The translations under genes and the position numbers were made by a program. The notes under the pieces are model-generated. The model did no database searches, was not told where the DNA came from, and saw nothing but the letters and a program-made list of their open reading frames with translations. This document shows positions 1 through 13,100 of a DNA stretch of 64,000 nucleotides, in pieces. Source of the DNA: Phoronis australis (lineage: Eukaryota > Animalia > Phoronida); NCBI GenBank assembly GCA_002633005.1, contig NMRA01000041.1, positions 1,245,294 through 1,309,293 on the forward strand, given 5' to 3'. Position 1 is the first letter of the stretch. The number at the start of each line of letters is the position of its first letter.

Positions 1-1089
1 CCAGAAAATAAATCATTCTAAGTCATTTGTTGAGGCAACTGTCGAACGGCGAGGCAACTAACATCTTCAGTGTGTTATGAGTTTATTCACGATTATTTTA
101 GTTTCTTGTTTTTTCTTTGATAATCAATTTGCGAAACTCAACTGGTTAGTGTAAACTTTTTATCTGGCAGCAATCAACACGTTGTTCATTCCTTCTTTTG
201 GTTTGTCATTTTCAAGAAAGGTTTAAACTCTGAGAAACCATTTGGGGACCCAGAAAGAGACAAGTGCGAAGTGTCCTAACTATTTGGTTAAAGCTGATAC
301 GTGCGAAAGAAGATCTCATTGACAAAATAGTATATTGAGCAAAGCACACGTCCTACAACACAAGACAGAGCCCAGTATTCACTAACACTGGGCACATATA
401 ACTCGTTTTTGTTCGAGAAAATGCACATGGGAATATGTACAGTACGCAAACCAGTGATTGATAAATCGCTCCGATTAGGTCCCTATCGGCAAACAACCTG
501 CTTTGCGCTGGAGCATGATACATTGTACAAATATCAAACGGTTTTGTGCAATACTGAAAAGTGAACTCTATAAACAACATTTTGAGATCCAGTCCCGTCA
601 ATGGATCCTCAGTACTCATAGGTACATGTTGTAGAACCGCCCCGGATTTCACAGCAATACTCCAATCTCGTAGTATTTACCCGCAAACTGAGCCGCAATA
701 TCCGTGTAGCATTTTGTAACCTCGTTTTCGCGCCATTGGAGATTCACATGTCCTTTGTTGTTGTCGTATTTTTTATAAGCTTTTGCTCCGTGACTCTATT
801 AGTAATTACAATTCAAACAAAGTATTACTGGTGTGTTGCGGGCTGCACCTACCGACGGCAGAAAAATGGATTAAGTTGACAAATAACCGTGTTAAATTCT
901 TCGCCTTCCAGCATCATGTGTGGATAAAGCAAGTTCGTAGGGTTAGTTTTGAACGGAACGGAATATCCTTTCTTGAAAATAAGTTTTCAATTCCCGTAAT
1001 TTAAACGACTGAAGTCAGGAATATTTCCACGGCCTTTCACCACGACGGTTTCTGACATGACCCACGAAATGATGTTTTCGCGTGTTGAA

Positions 1090-1690
1090 ATGTTCAACGC
1101 GCACTGTTGCTTAATCAACACTTAGTATTGCTTATTCATCGCGCTTAATTAGTTCAACGCTCTGAATTGGTTCTTAAACGATTATCTTCTGTTCTTATTT
1201 CAAGCACATTTTTACTTAATCAATGCGTAGATTCGCTTAATCAACTCGCTTAGTTGGTTATTCCTTATATCCATTCTAAGCCAAGTTGACAGTAAGTAAG
1301 TACCGCCGCGAGGAGGCAGCACAGATGAAACATGGCCGTGGTGGAAACTGGTGTTGCATGCATAAGGAATTTTTTCCCCATTTTGAGATTTGAGACCACG
1401 TACGTGATTGCACAACTGAGTTAATTCAAAGTTCGCCTTGAATAAGGAATAGTACGCGTTGAATAAGGAATAGTACGCGTTGAATAAGGAATAGTACGCG
1501 TTGAATAAGCAATAGTACGCGTTGAATAAGCAATTCTGCGCGTTGTATAATAACAAATAATAATTAGTTTAAGACTAAAGAACCATTTCAGCTTGTTGAG
1601 TATCTGACACTATGCGTTCGTTAATAAAATGCGCGTTGAATAAGCAGACTTCAAGGCGCAGAAAGACACGCCTTTAAGAACCATTTGGCG
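1090..1690. repeat. foldback-like repeat built from 21-bp units in inverted arms
   Basis: About five tandem GTTGAATAAG(G/C)AATAGTACGC units at ~1438-1550. The reverse complement of 1092-1145 matches ~1498-1550, and ttggttcttaaa (~1167) pairs with tttaagaaccat (~1673). Confidence 0.75.
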
Positions 1691-2138
1691 CTTCCTACCC
1701 GACAATCCCCGGAAACTAGTAGGCAAACTAAACAACGCGATTTCTTATCTCCGAGACAAGGGAGACTTCTATCGCAGTGAAATCCGGGGCGGTCTTATTC
1801 TCACTTGTTCATATTCACAGAGAGGTAGTCGTTTTAGTCTGGTACCTTTTTAAATCGTCTTAATACAGTTCTGAGATTAACTATCAAACTGCTGGTTACC
1901 TATGGATATTACTCGCCATTGTATGAAATATTGTCATCAGTAACAGTTGAATGTCGTTGTGAAGTATAGTAAGAAATAAAATTGACAATTATGTACTAAT
2001 TTTTGATAAACAATGCCTTTCTAGTTTAACACTGTGAAAACGTTCAATGGAAACGAGCTTTTTTAAGATAGCAAATATTGCGATCGTTAGTCAATACACA
2101 TCAAAATTTACAAAACAGCGTAAAAAGTAGTAGAAATG

Positions 2139-2399
2139 TTAACACAAGGAATATCGTCTTGTGGCAATGTTCATGGCTGTTACCCCTAGGTGGCGCAGTG
2201 GCATCTGATGCACTTTGCGCATGTGTTGGGGTTGGTCACAGACGTCAGAGATTTCGCCAAATTCTTCTAAGTCCAACTGAGCGTCGTCAATCATTTCCTC
2301 GTGCTGGTTACAGCTTTGCTGCAGTCTCAACTGTGATATCTCATGACGTAGACTCACAAGTTGTCTCGCAAGTCGTTGATCACCATCACGCATGTCCAA
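2139..2399 (-). CDS. FAM167A: FAM167-family (DUF3259) protein, last coding exon
   Basis: Translates LDMRDGDQRLARQLVSLRHEISQLRLQQSCNQHEEMIDDAQLDLEE...PLRHLGVTAMNIATRRYSLC*, matching the FAM167 C-terminus (EMRxQDxxLARQL...PLKxIGVTKMNINSRRFSLC). Acceptor tgttattgcag|TTG, phase 0. Symbol is family-level; A versus B orthology is not resolved. Confidence 0.93.
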   Translation of the reverse strand: MDMRDGDQRLARQLVSLRHEISQLRLQQSCNQHEEMIDDAQLDLEEFGEISDVCDQPQHMRKVHQMPLRHLGVTAMNIATRRYSLC

Positions 2400-3649
2400 C
2401 TGCAATAACAAAGAATGTTGCCTAAAACTAGTGAAGAAATAATTAGCTATTCAACCTAAACGCCAACATTTACTCTATTTCGTTTTTATTTAGAACTCAT
2501 GGAAGCACAAATCTTGTTTTGATGTGTAAACGTCTAAAATGTGTATTTCGTGTGTTAGCGATAGATGGCGCAGCTAATTTGGATTCCAGCATCAGCCATT
2601 AGCCACGACTGCTATTTTTCGCGTCATGTTCCTAGGACCAGTTGTGAGATTATCATAACCAAATCAAAAGGATAGGAAGATAATGTCTTCGTGATTGGGA
2701 CATATGTTACCCAGCCTCAACAAAACAACATATCGTTGTCGTGTTTCAATTGCCAAACGATGATGAAAAAGTACAACAGTAAAAGATGAAAACCTCAGGA
2801 AAAACAAGTAGCACTGCAAGTGTTTATGAGACTTTTCATGGCCAAAATCCATTGTGATTTTTCGAGTATAATGCGAGGTGGAGTTAAACGTTGATTTTTT
2901 TGAGAAAGCAGTTGCAGATTGTCTGATCAGAAAACATATCAGCCTCCTAGTAAAACTGGCGTTTACAAAGAAGTCCTAACAACCACCTTACGAGTATTTA
3001 GCATAACATTAAATAAATGTACAAAAATGCTACTATTCTGTCTAATCACGTGCGATGGCCATCGCCAAACAGAGTTTAACCACAAATTACGACATTGGAG
3101 CGTAACCTTCTTATGGTATGACGGTAGACCTGCCGTCTACACGGGGACTTACGATAAGAAAGAAGATCAGACGGCTGACGACCTATCACAAGTATTGTTT
3201 TTTCAGACGACTGTTCAGACGTCCGATCTGCCTTACTATACGTTGTATAAGAAACGACTAAGGAGAGGCGTGGTGTGTCAACCATATAACATTCTCTGCA
3301 ATGCCAAAGTGTCATCAAATCTTTTATATTTTGACATGTCAAAAAATTAGATGATGAGAAATTAACTTTGCAGACAAATTTGCAAATGGTAAGGACATTC
3401 ACTGTGTTAAACACACTTAGTTGTTATTGTTCTAGGTTATTATGGAGGATAAGAACAATAGAAAGAACTGAAAAGAAGAATAATGACAATAGGCGGACGA
3501 ACAAGAAGAAAATAAAACATGAATGAGAAGTAGAAGAAGAAAGATTCAAAAAGTAGGGCCAGGAAGATGAAAATGAACGAATGATAGAAATAGACAGTGA
3601 CTAAACGGAGTAAACAGACAGATGAAGATAAAGGACCAAAAGAGCTCAC

Positions 3650-4405
3650 CAATTCCTTCCTGAGCCATTTAATTGCACGGTCTATTTCTGTTCTCCTCTC
3701 CTCCATGCTTTGTTCGCTTTGTATGTCATCTAGGGCCTTCCCTGGCTTTAATTTGACAAGAAGAGGTTTTTCAAGATGTTCAGCCTTCCACTGCACATAG
3801 CTCGGACGACGAGTTTGCAAATTTAATTTCCCTGTGAGCAATTTGAGCTTGTCTAAATCGTTGTCACTTGGTACAGTGGAAACGTTTTTATTATCCACGA
3901 ATGATAATCCACGCTCTACGTTGTCACTTTGTAACGGACTTTGGTCATTGCTCAGATCCAACGGTTCTTCTACGATAATTCCCATACGTCTTTTGAACAC
4001 TGGCACTGGTTCTCTGTCACTGTCCCAAAAAGACAATGAATCTGCATTATGTCCTATGTTGGCTGGTACGTGGGTATTGTCGTCCACATTGTCTATAACG
4101 ATTCTTGGAATATTTTTCATGGTGGTCGGCTTCTCAGGCTTTCTGTTTGAACTATTACAGGTCATGTTGAAATTTTCATCATTCAGCTTGACGTCATCAG
4201 AACTTGTTTCTCCAACGTTGTTGTCATGGAGACTCACAAAGTCGTCTTTGAAATAGTTCATTTCTGCTATTTTGGAATTCAACAGACATTCATTCAAAGT
4301 TTGAAAACGATTCATAGACTGAATCTTCGAAGTGTCCACGAAATTCAGCGGTGGGGGTATTACGGTATCGTGAGGAAAATTTTGCGAATTCATGATTGTC
4401 TCCAT
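3650..4405 (-). CDS. FAM167A: FAM167-family protein, first coding exon (252 aa; 338 aa in total)
   Basis: Long ORF containing the FAM167 motifs KLNLQTRRPSYVQW and IDRAIKWLRKEL. Donor TTG|gtgagc at 3650/3649 joins in phase 0 to the 2399 exon. First in-frame ATG is at 4405. The hydrophobic tail of the listed 340-aa ORF is intron. Confidence 0.88.
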
Positions 4406-5054
4406 ACCACTAGATACATGTATCAGCTGTTGCAGATTCAATACGAGTTGGTGATGTTTCAATCACGTTCAATTTCGCTTGCTCTTGACACGTGCTCGTG
4501 TTGGTAATCCTATCTGAGAAAGACTGTACTCAGAAATACAATTCTCTCCTTCATGGTTGATCGATTCCGAAAAAGGTGCGTGCTCCGTCTCCAAAAGGCA
4601 CGTAATAGCTTAATGTCTCGGTAATGTCATTATCTCGTCGAGCCTTTAACTAAACATCCCAATGTTGCTCTACAGTGGCGGCCATCCTAAGAAGTGCACT
4701 CGACCTATGAGTATAAAAAATGTTGCAAAGTTATTTAATCGTTTTCAACCCAGACGAATCAAAATACCAGCTGCATGATAGCATTAGCTTGTTGAGCACG
4801 CTTAGATATCAGATCATATTTTTATCATGACTCTCAATTAGATAGTAAAAACCATTCTGAATTGCTTGTTAGCCAATGATAAATCCCCTGGATACTGATT
4901 ACAAACAGGCTACATGTATATATTCTAGACTTGGATTCCGTTTCAGCAAAGAAGGTGATTTGAATCATTTCCGTTGAGGAACCGGATAACAACTCAAAAG
5001 TTGAAATTGAGAGTAAAAATGGTTTTTGTAATCATCGTTTTTATCACCCTCGTC

Positions 5055-5516
5055 CCCAAGCATCAAGTTGGCGCTGATCGGTTTAGCCAATTGAGGCTTG
5101 GTTATGGGAAATAAAATGTGTTAGAATTCTGACACAGTTTTACGGAAAACGCCTGAATATCACGAGTAATATAAAGTTATACCAACTTTGAAATTTTCAT
5201 CAGTTAAATATAAAATGAAAACTAACGGTATATTGTGGCAATTTAGGTCTAAATCTTTGCAAAAATGATGTATTTTTATTTGAAAACTGATTAATAATAA
5301 AAAATTGAAAATAAGTACGCCGACAACCTTTATTTTAAATAAAACCAAAACAACGCCTTCTGCTCCATGAATCACAGCAGCAACGCATGTAGAAATAATT
5401 ATAATCTGTCTTTGTTTTAATGACTTCAAGGCAGCGGTCAATCATTGAGAGGAAGGTATTTCCCATAACCAAGCCTCAAATGGCTAAACTGATCAACGCC
5501 ATCTTGAGGCTTGGGA
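5055..5516. mobile_element. MITE-like inverted-repeat element
   Basis: ~60-bp inverted repeat: 5055-5113 (cccaagcatcaagttggcgctgatcggtttagccaattgaggcttggttatgggaaata) versus 5457-5516, with an AT-rich spacer. True termini may lie further out. Confidence 0.7.
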
Positions 5517-8500
5517 AAGAAGCTGCGTTTTCATTTCATGTTATTAGCTGCTTCATCATACTCGCAACAAATAATCGGTTAACGATCTTCAGTTTAACTC
5601 ACCAAATGACGGTTAGGTGGAATTTTAACAAAACTAAACTAGAACTCTTTATTGTTTATTTTGGTTCAGCATAGTTTGTATTAGGCATCTATAATAAATC
5701 ACAACAAATGAAACCATTTTCTCAATGAAGTCTGATTTTAAACATGGAAAATCGATATTCTGGCAATTATTTTTTGTGTGAAAGTCAGGAGAGTATACCG
5801 TTGACACTGACTGCATTTTATTCATTTGAACTTGGCTAAGGCTTATGATGTATACATTGCAACCAAAACAATGAATTACACATAATTTATGCTCGTAACC
5901 GGCTATGCAACCAGGAGATGCGGAGGTGTAGATAAGCAGACCTTTAGCTTGCTCTCCCCCCCTCTTTTTATTTTATTGGTGTAATTTTTTATAGGAACAT
6001 GTTCTCTCACTGGTGAACAAAAATTCCTAGTTGCCAGGAATTTCCTACTTATCACATACACATATGTTTTTAAAATAATCAATTTTCTTCAAACAACATT
6101 TTTGAAAAGCCTTTATTGGCCTTCACTTACGTCAGGGGCACGAACGTGAATTGCTTTGTTTACTCTACCTAAATAATCAAATATTCAAGATGGTGGCCGA
6201 AACGGGCGGTCTCATGTATGCGGTCGCGTAGTCAGCACCTACGGTGTATGACGAGTTCACGATGTTAATGTTAATTTTTCAACGAACGATTACATGTACG
6301 TTCTCTAGATGACTACTCGGTTCTATGCTTTTTCATTATTTCACGCTGAACATTCATGCAACTGACATGAATAATGCAATAACGTTCTAAAGATCTACAC
6401 TGTACTGTGCGTCGATGTGGGACACACGAAACATACATTTCTTGAAGAAACGGCTTCGATCCGCCAATACCGGTCAACGTCCTTTTAGCAGGTTATTTTA
6501 GCAGGTTATTTAGTCTCTGTTGAAGGTCCTATGTGATCAATTGTCGTTAAACTGTATTAAATGAATGTGTGAAGCGACTTGGAAACAATTATCTCTTTGC
6601 ACCAACTGGCAACCAGTTATTACCAACTTCAGAATGCCAGACTAGTTTCGTAACAGGTTGTTTCATTTACAGATTTTTTCTTTAGAACTGGAGGCGCAAG
6701 ATTTTTTCTATGCATTTAACGTGTCGGTCGCAGTATAATCTAGATTCATATCTAGTGAACTCGAAATTGGTGTGAAGAGTAAGTGAAAATGAACTCGTAA
6801 TGCACTTGTAAACAGTTTTCAATAACATTATGCGTTGGTGAAGGACAGGATATCATGAGGGGGGGACAAACCGCAATGTGTGAAACGACAGATGTTCGCG
6901 ATAGCACTAACACAGATAATTAACAGAGCCGTTTTTGATCGTGGTACCACTAGCGTCTCCTATGTATGTGCAAATACGTATCACGACTCCTAGGGTACAA
7001 CGGGTAACATGGGTGGCTATAGCCCCCCCCCCCAGCCCCCTATGATGCTCGCCGGTCAAAATAAAAACTGCGACCCCAAGATAGAATGGGGCACCATGTC
7101 TATGGCACGTGCCTATTGAAAGGTGGTTTATAATCTGATAAGTTTTTATACCTTATCAGTAAAAAGACTTCTTAGGTGATAGTAGGTGTTGCAGAACTTG
7201 CCGACGTTTTAAAATGACGGTGCAGAGTATTATCAGACCGAAACTGTCATCAAGCGAAAATAGTGATCTTCCATCCTAATTTTTAATTCGCTTAATGTAA
7301 GCTGACACTCCAAGTTCATATCAAAATGATCAAAAAGCAACTGAAATTTATACCAGAACTTTGGTATTCTTTGCACCCCATCTATGCGACACGTTCCCAA
7401 TATTCCCATTACATGCCCTTACCCCGGCTTTGATCCTGTATTGGCGTGATATACCTGAAATGTAATTGCGGGGAGTGGCCATTGTTGCGGTAGCGAACAA
7501 GTGTTATATTAAAAAATTTGAACCCCTCAGTCGTCAAAGATTACCTCTCTGCCGTCCCCCAAGTTATCACGTTAACCCCCATCCCCCCACGCTATATCAG
7601 TTATTGCACCAGCCCGCACCTTCTCTGTTCCAAACGGACATCGTCAGATTCAACTGTTTCATGGATGTCTTGTTACAAGGCATAATTTTACCCGCAAAAT
7701 TTGGCGTTTCGACTGCCTTATGTGAAAGAGTAGACAGTGCCCCAAGGGAATTCTGATTTTGATGTAGGCTAGACGTGTTCAATATAATTGGCGTGAAATA
7801 TTTCTCAACAAAAGACTGCTCGAATGTGTATGCATAGAGAGAGAAATGATGTTACTTCGATAACAATAATCAGTAGTTTTCCTGTGGTTACCGCTGCATC
7901 TTTGAACACCGAGGACGTCGATAAGGGCTACTGTGCCGACGCAAGACATTCGAGATATTGGAGGCGAAAAATCTTCGTTCATTGAGCGAAAGTTCAATTC
8001 CAGCCCCACAACCAATGAGTTCATTGGCTGCAATTTAATTTGCTAACTTACTCAGCCGGGTAAAAATCCGAGGGAACCACTCGCCTTTCACATGCTGTGT
8101 GATTTTGCGTAGTCTTGCGTCATCTTGCTTTTTGCTACTGTCTTGCGTCTACGGAACGCACCTTGCGTCATTCTGAATAGAACTACCAAGAGTTCCTCAA
8201 TGAGGTATTTAGGAAAATGCAAACAATAATTCACTGCATGATGATACTTATGCTGTTAAATTATTAGATAAAGTTGTCTCATCGCTTCGTCTGCCGGTAC
8301 GACTAACGAATTCAGTTGTAATATTCCAATTTAAATTGAGAAATTACCAACACAAGGTAAATATTTGACAACACACGGTTAGTTCCGCCACAATTCTCGC
8401 ATAATAAACTCCATCATGACGTGCAGACGGCTGAGCACATTATTGGTCGCAGCACTTGATACACTCTCGCTGGTCCCCCACGTGCCTAATCAGCACACAG

Positions 8501-10500
8501 GTATCACGCAGTGGCACGAGCTTTAGCTTTGGTTGATGTAACCTCAGCAGTCTTTGGTTAGCTTTACAACACACCGTGAAAAAATGGCGGACTGTGAAAG
8601 ATTTTTAGCCTTGTCATGCAAGTGGCGTCGCAGCAACTATTTCGTTTCAGTAGTGATGTTCAATAGCCGCGTGCTTGAAGCACATACATGTACAATAAAC
8701 ACATATCTGGCCGATTTAACCGGTGTGTTATTCATACTATATGACTACAGGACAGTCACCGTAAACAAACCACCTAGCGGCACGCAGGGAACCAGCGAGT
8801 TGATAGACTTCGCAGGGTTCGCCGGGATAGCTGGCAAAAGCATCTGATTGGTCTGTAAGCCGGAAGTGGTCATCAGACCCAATGAGATGCTTTAGCTGGT
8901 TGACACCGGCGGAACCGGCGCAGCGAACAAAGTGCATCCATTTGCTGTTTACAAATTTATCTAGTCTGAAATTTGAATCTCCATAACATTGAGCGTCTTT
9001 CTTTTTCAGCTTCCACCAGATTACTAAATTTCGTAGGCGCTTCAGGGTTGTACACGTGGCGCATACATTACACTCAGACACGAGAAATCAAGTAAGGTAG
9101 ACTGCTGAAATTCATCTGATTCAGTATACTAGAATTTCGAGCATTCAAACCATCGACGAACTAACTGGAATTCTTTGGAGGTTTCCCACAAACAGGCAAA
9201 TTTGGCCAAGAAGTGGAATTCCAGTCTTCGCTGTAGACTGCCGTGGTTGCAGGCGAGCCTTCCTATCGTTACCAACTATCAGACAGCTTTTCCATGAGCC
9301 AGCAATTTAACACTCAAGTAATGTTACTGGTTGAAGTAAGTCAGTGCACAAAAATGAATCGTAAGAATGTCTGTACAAATGAGGTACAGCTCTGGATAGA
9401 AATGCACTTACAGTGCAAGTGGCAGCATTTACACGTGTTCTCTGGATTATGTCGCGTGTCCTTATGTAATTTGTTTCAAATTATTCCTTCGTGGGATAAA
9501 AAGTGATTTCTGAAACAAATGGCAATTACATACTGCTAGAGACTTTGATGGGTGCAGAAAAATAAGCGGCCTGATCAAGCAAACTTGCCGCTCCCGATCT
9601 CAAACAATAACGAGCTGTCCGTCCTTAACCGACCAAGCCCAGAAAATAGTTCTAGTCTTAGTAAAGAAAAAGACAGATCCAAATTTATTACGGCGAATGA
9701 TTCTAAGTCTAACGAAGCCAGGGTCCTACACCTAGTTATAAATCATCTTTGTGTCTCAAATGGTGTTGGACTTAAAGCATGAAGCTTCAACAGTTAGAGG
9801 AGAAAAGATAGCGCAGTCTGTAAATAAACAATATATCCCACCACGGTGTTGAGGGAAAAATCAATTTCAACCACAGTTTCTAAGAGCTGAGCACTGAAAT
9901 CCATTCTGCATTCAGGTTGAAAAGTGAAAGAATGATTTAAGAATTCGAAGTTAAATGTATCCCAAAGGCGTGATTGTATGTCACCCAAAAAGTATCAAAT
10001 TGTCTGTCCACTAATGGATTTTGTCAATCCTCTACAATGGGTACAAGTTAAGTACAAATACCACCCGAGAGGCAATCGTTATAGTTCAAACAAGCCTTGA
10101 ATGTAGAGCCAGATCATCGCGATTCCGTGTCATATCCGATATAAAACTGAAATTGTATAATAGCTGAATCATTACCTCTTGTCATAGTTTGATTTAATAT
10201 AAACTCGTTGATAAAATATTTTTGCTAAGACAGAATGTAAAATGGAACAACGAAAAGCGACTTTAGTCGGAGCTTAATCATATGATGAAATGGCATCTCT
10301 GAGAAAGAGAAAAACGTATTTAGTCGCAGTTTATGACGAAACACCGACTCTAATAGAGAGAAAAAATATATAAAAATACAGAAAATTAAAGTTTGTAAAG
10401 ATAAAATTGTAATGATACACCCAAAACATGGCAGATCACTTATCGTTATTTGTTTCCCTTAATTAGAATAGGTCCCAGTTGTAAACTATCAACGTCTTAC

Positions 10501-10620
10501 CTGGATGCACGAAAACTGTCGATTGTATTGAATAGTTCTTTCTTATATACGGTAGCTACACATTAATCTTGTAAACAGTTTTGTGTACGATCCCTTCAAC
10601 ACAAAACACACGAGAGGTCG
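10501..10620 (-). other. possible non-coding first exon of the FAM167 gene
   Basis: Strong donor CAG|gtaaga at 10501/10500, a candidate acceptor gtctttctcag at 4514 upstream of the ATG, and a TTTAAA-like element near 10655. Inference only; the 5' boundary is approximate. Confidence 0.25.
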
Positions 10621-12069
10621 TGCCCGCGCCAGACTACCTGGACACGCTGTCTTTAAAGAAAGCGCAAATATTTGCTGACTGAACGAAGAAACATGAATTA
10701 AGTAAGCGCATTTATTGACTTAATTGGTAAATATTGATTCAGCAATGACCGGGTGACGCAATCAAAACAATTCATTCGCTGTACGAAGATCAGATTGACA
10801 GTAAATTCGGACAAATGAGTGGAAGGTATTTGATACAAACACTGAAATTGAGAATAAATTCCTGCCCTGGCCATTACTCAAAATTGTCTCACCTAATTTA
10901 GTTTACTTAGATTTAGAAGCTGAAATTTTTGTTACCGTCATCCAAAATTCTAAAAGTGGCCACCTAGTTGAATTTAATATTGATATATTAATAACACTGG
11001 TGGAAATATATGTGGCAGACAAATAAACAATTAGGGTTCAACATTTCAAATCACTACGTTTTGCAATAAAGATGCAAATATTGACACGTCCGTTACGTAA
11101 CACAGATAATTCTGTGAAAATTGAGACATGTACAAGAACGAGACAAATACCAAAGGATGAGCGTGTTTATCTTACGGATCATTGGAAGAGCAGTCAAAAC
11201 AATACGCAGAACTTAGGTCTATAAAGGCCGCCGCAGACGGAGAAGAGCGAGCTTAGATGTCTGCCTCAAGTGAAATTTACCTCGCGCCATCGTTAAAGAT
11301 TGGCCAGAGTGCGAGTAAACGAGCGACGCGAGCGTCGTGATTGCATTTAGTGTTCATTTGGAACAAGTGGATAGCGTCGGTGCACGCCAATGGAACATGG
11401 TCGATTCCTGCGACGTCACGGAATTTGAATAAACCAATCACACCGCACAAATTTTGATTTGAGCGGGATAGTTTTTTACTTCATCTAAACACTTCTTAAT
11501 TCATTAACTGTCCACAATTTAACAGTTACACTAACAACTATCTTGATGGGATTTTTGTAAAATTTTCAGACAATTTACCCCACGTAAATCGCCAATCTTG
11601 ATACACATCACTAGTCGCATTCTTTTTCAAACTCTAAAATGATGTCAAATTCTATCTCCGTCTATTCGTAATTTGTTTACTAGTCCATGTAATACACCAT
11701 ACTACCTCCGTAGTTCGTTAATAGGACACGCTCACCGGCGTTGAAACCCAATAATTCGCTGTCATGACATCAAATGAGGCAACAGTCTCCTTCGTCGGCC
11801 CTTTTTTACTTTCGCGGTTAAATTTCCAAGTCCAATGTGACCATTCAGTCGTGTGACATTGGACGCAAATTTCGCTCATATTTCTCGCTCGAATGCGATT
11901 TGGTCATGCACAGGGTGAGGCAAAAACGTTCACTGGCTTGTAAACTACTGTCGTAGTTTTCAGCGTAAATGTAGTACACACGGTTACTACATGAGACAGC
12001 GAGAGATATTTGCTGTCAGGTGATGCCGAAGGTAAACAGTTAACCTTTGCTCAACTTGACCACGTACTA

Positions 12070-12480
12070 CCGGGATTTTCCGTAGATAAGCCCATGGGCG
12101 TGTATTCGGAAAATATAAATTTGCAAGGGTTTCAGTAACACCAAATAAACGCCCGGGAGTTTATTATGAAACGGGAGCCGTGTAAATGGAAAATCATAGC
12201 CTCAGCTGATATGAAAATTTCAGCGATTTTTTTAATTAATCTGTGCTTTATAACTTTTAGTAAATAAATACATAGTTCACCAGCACTTCGTTCATTTTTA
12301 AAAGTGATAACTGTTCCACAAAGCTGAATTTGTGGCTAAACATTTACGCTTAGTGGGCGTTTAAGAGGAAAATTTCCGAATAAACGCCCCACTATCTGGA
12401 CACTTGACACCAGAAGTTGTAACACCAAATACACGCCCATGGGCATTTCATTGGGTGGGCTTATATACGGAAAATCTCGG
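12070..12480. mobile_element. Tc1/mariner-type MITE with TA TSD
   Basis: TA|CCGGGATTTTCCGTAGATAAGCCCA ... TGGGCTTATATACGGAAAATCTCGG|TA, with internal repeats of cccatgggcgtgtatt / aatacacgcccatggg. Confidence 0.85.
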
Positions 12481-12659
12481 TATGGAAATTTACGCTAGCC
12501 AGGTGATAGAAATCCAACCAGTCGGACAAACATTTTCGCCTCGCGAGGCAAAACCCTCTCGAATCATTTTCCGCAAGACCTGAGTAAGGGAGAGCTGACC
12601 TTATTTTCGTTGGAGGCGCGACTAATTTTCGGTCTGCGCTCACATTAGAGTGATGTACA

Positions 12660-13100
12660 TGTGTAGGACCCTAGAAAATGTCCCAATTTTGGACAACTTC
12701 GAAACATCGTATCTCAGAAATGACTGATCAGATTCACATAAGAATCAGATACCATGCTTTGTACAAGTAAAAGGCTATCAAAATATGACTTGCATGGTTT
12801 CTATTAAAAGATTTTCAAGTTCTTGCATAAACGATAATTTTAGAAATAAACTGTAACAGCTTCGTATTATTCAACATTTACGTCATACGAATTTTGGTAG
12901 TATTATTGATCCCGTTGTTTTGCTATGAAGGCAACTTTCTTTTTTGACAAAATGTCCTAAAAAGCAAGGTCACGTGACTTAATTTATGGCAGATTGGTAT
13001 AAAGTCAACAATTTCTAAGGATTTTTTACTTTCAGAAAATAAATACTTTTGTTGAGTTAAATTCTGTAGTTTTGTAGAAATTCGGATAAATGCACCCAGA
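12660..13100 (+). repeat. diverged interspersed repeat, copy 1 of 3
   Basis: Shares the blocks tgtaggaccc...tagaaaa, ctgatcag.ttcacat and aaaagcaaggtca.gtgac with reverse-strand copies at ~25740-26190 and ~56600-57030. Boundaries approximate. Confidence 0.6.

Noticed and set aside
1212-1556. ORF with an LFNAYYS heptad repeat; also considered as a CRISPR array
   Set aside because: It is the translation of a 21-bp tandem repeat with no unique spacers and no cas genes; the context is eukaryotic.
3440-3649. Hydrophobic TM-like C-terminus of the 340-aa ORF
   Set aside because: It lies past the gtgagc donor and is pyrimidine-rich intron read-through.
8550-9300. Possible Harbinger/MADF or THAP coding remnant
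   Set aside because: No convincing motif, TIR pair or open frame could be established.
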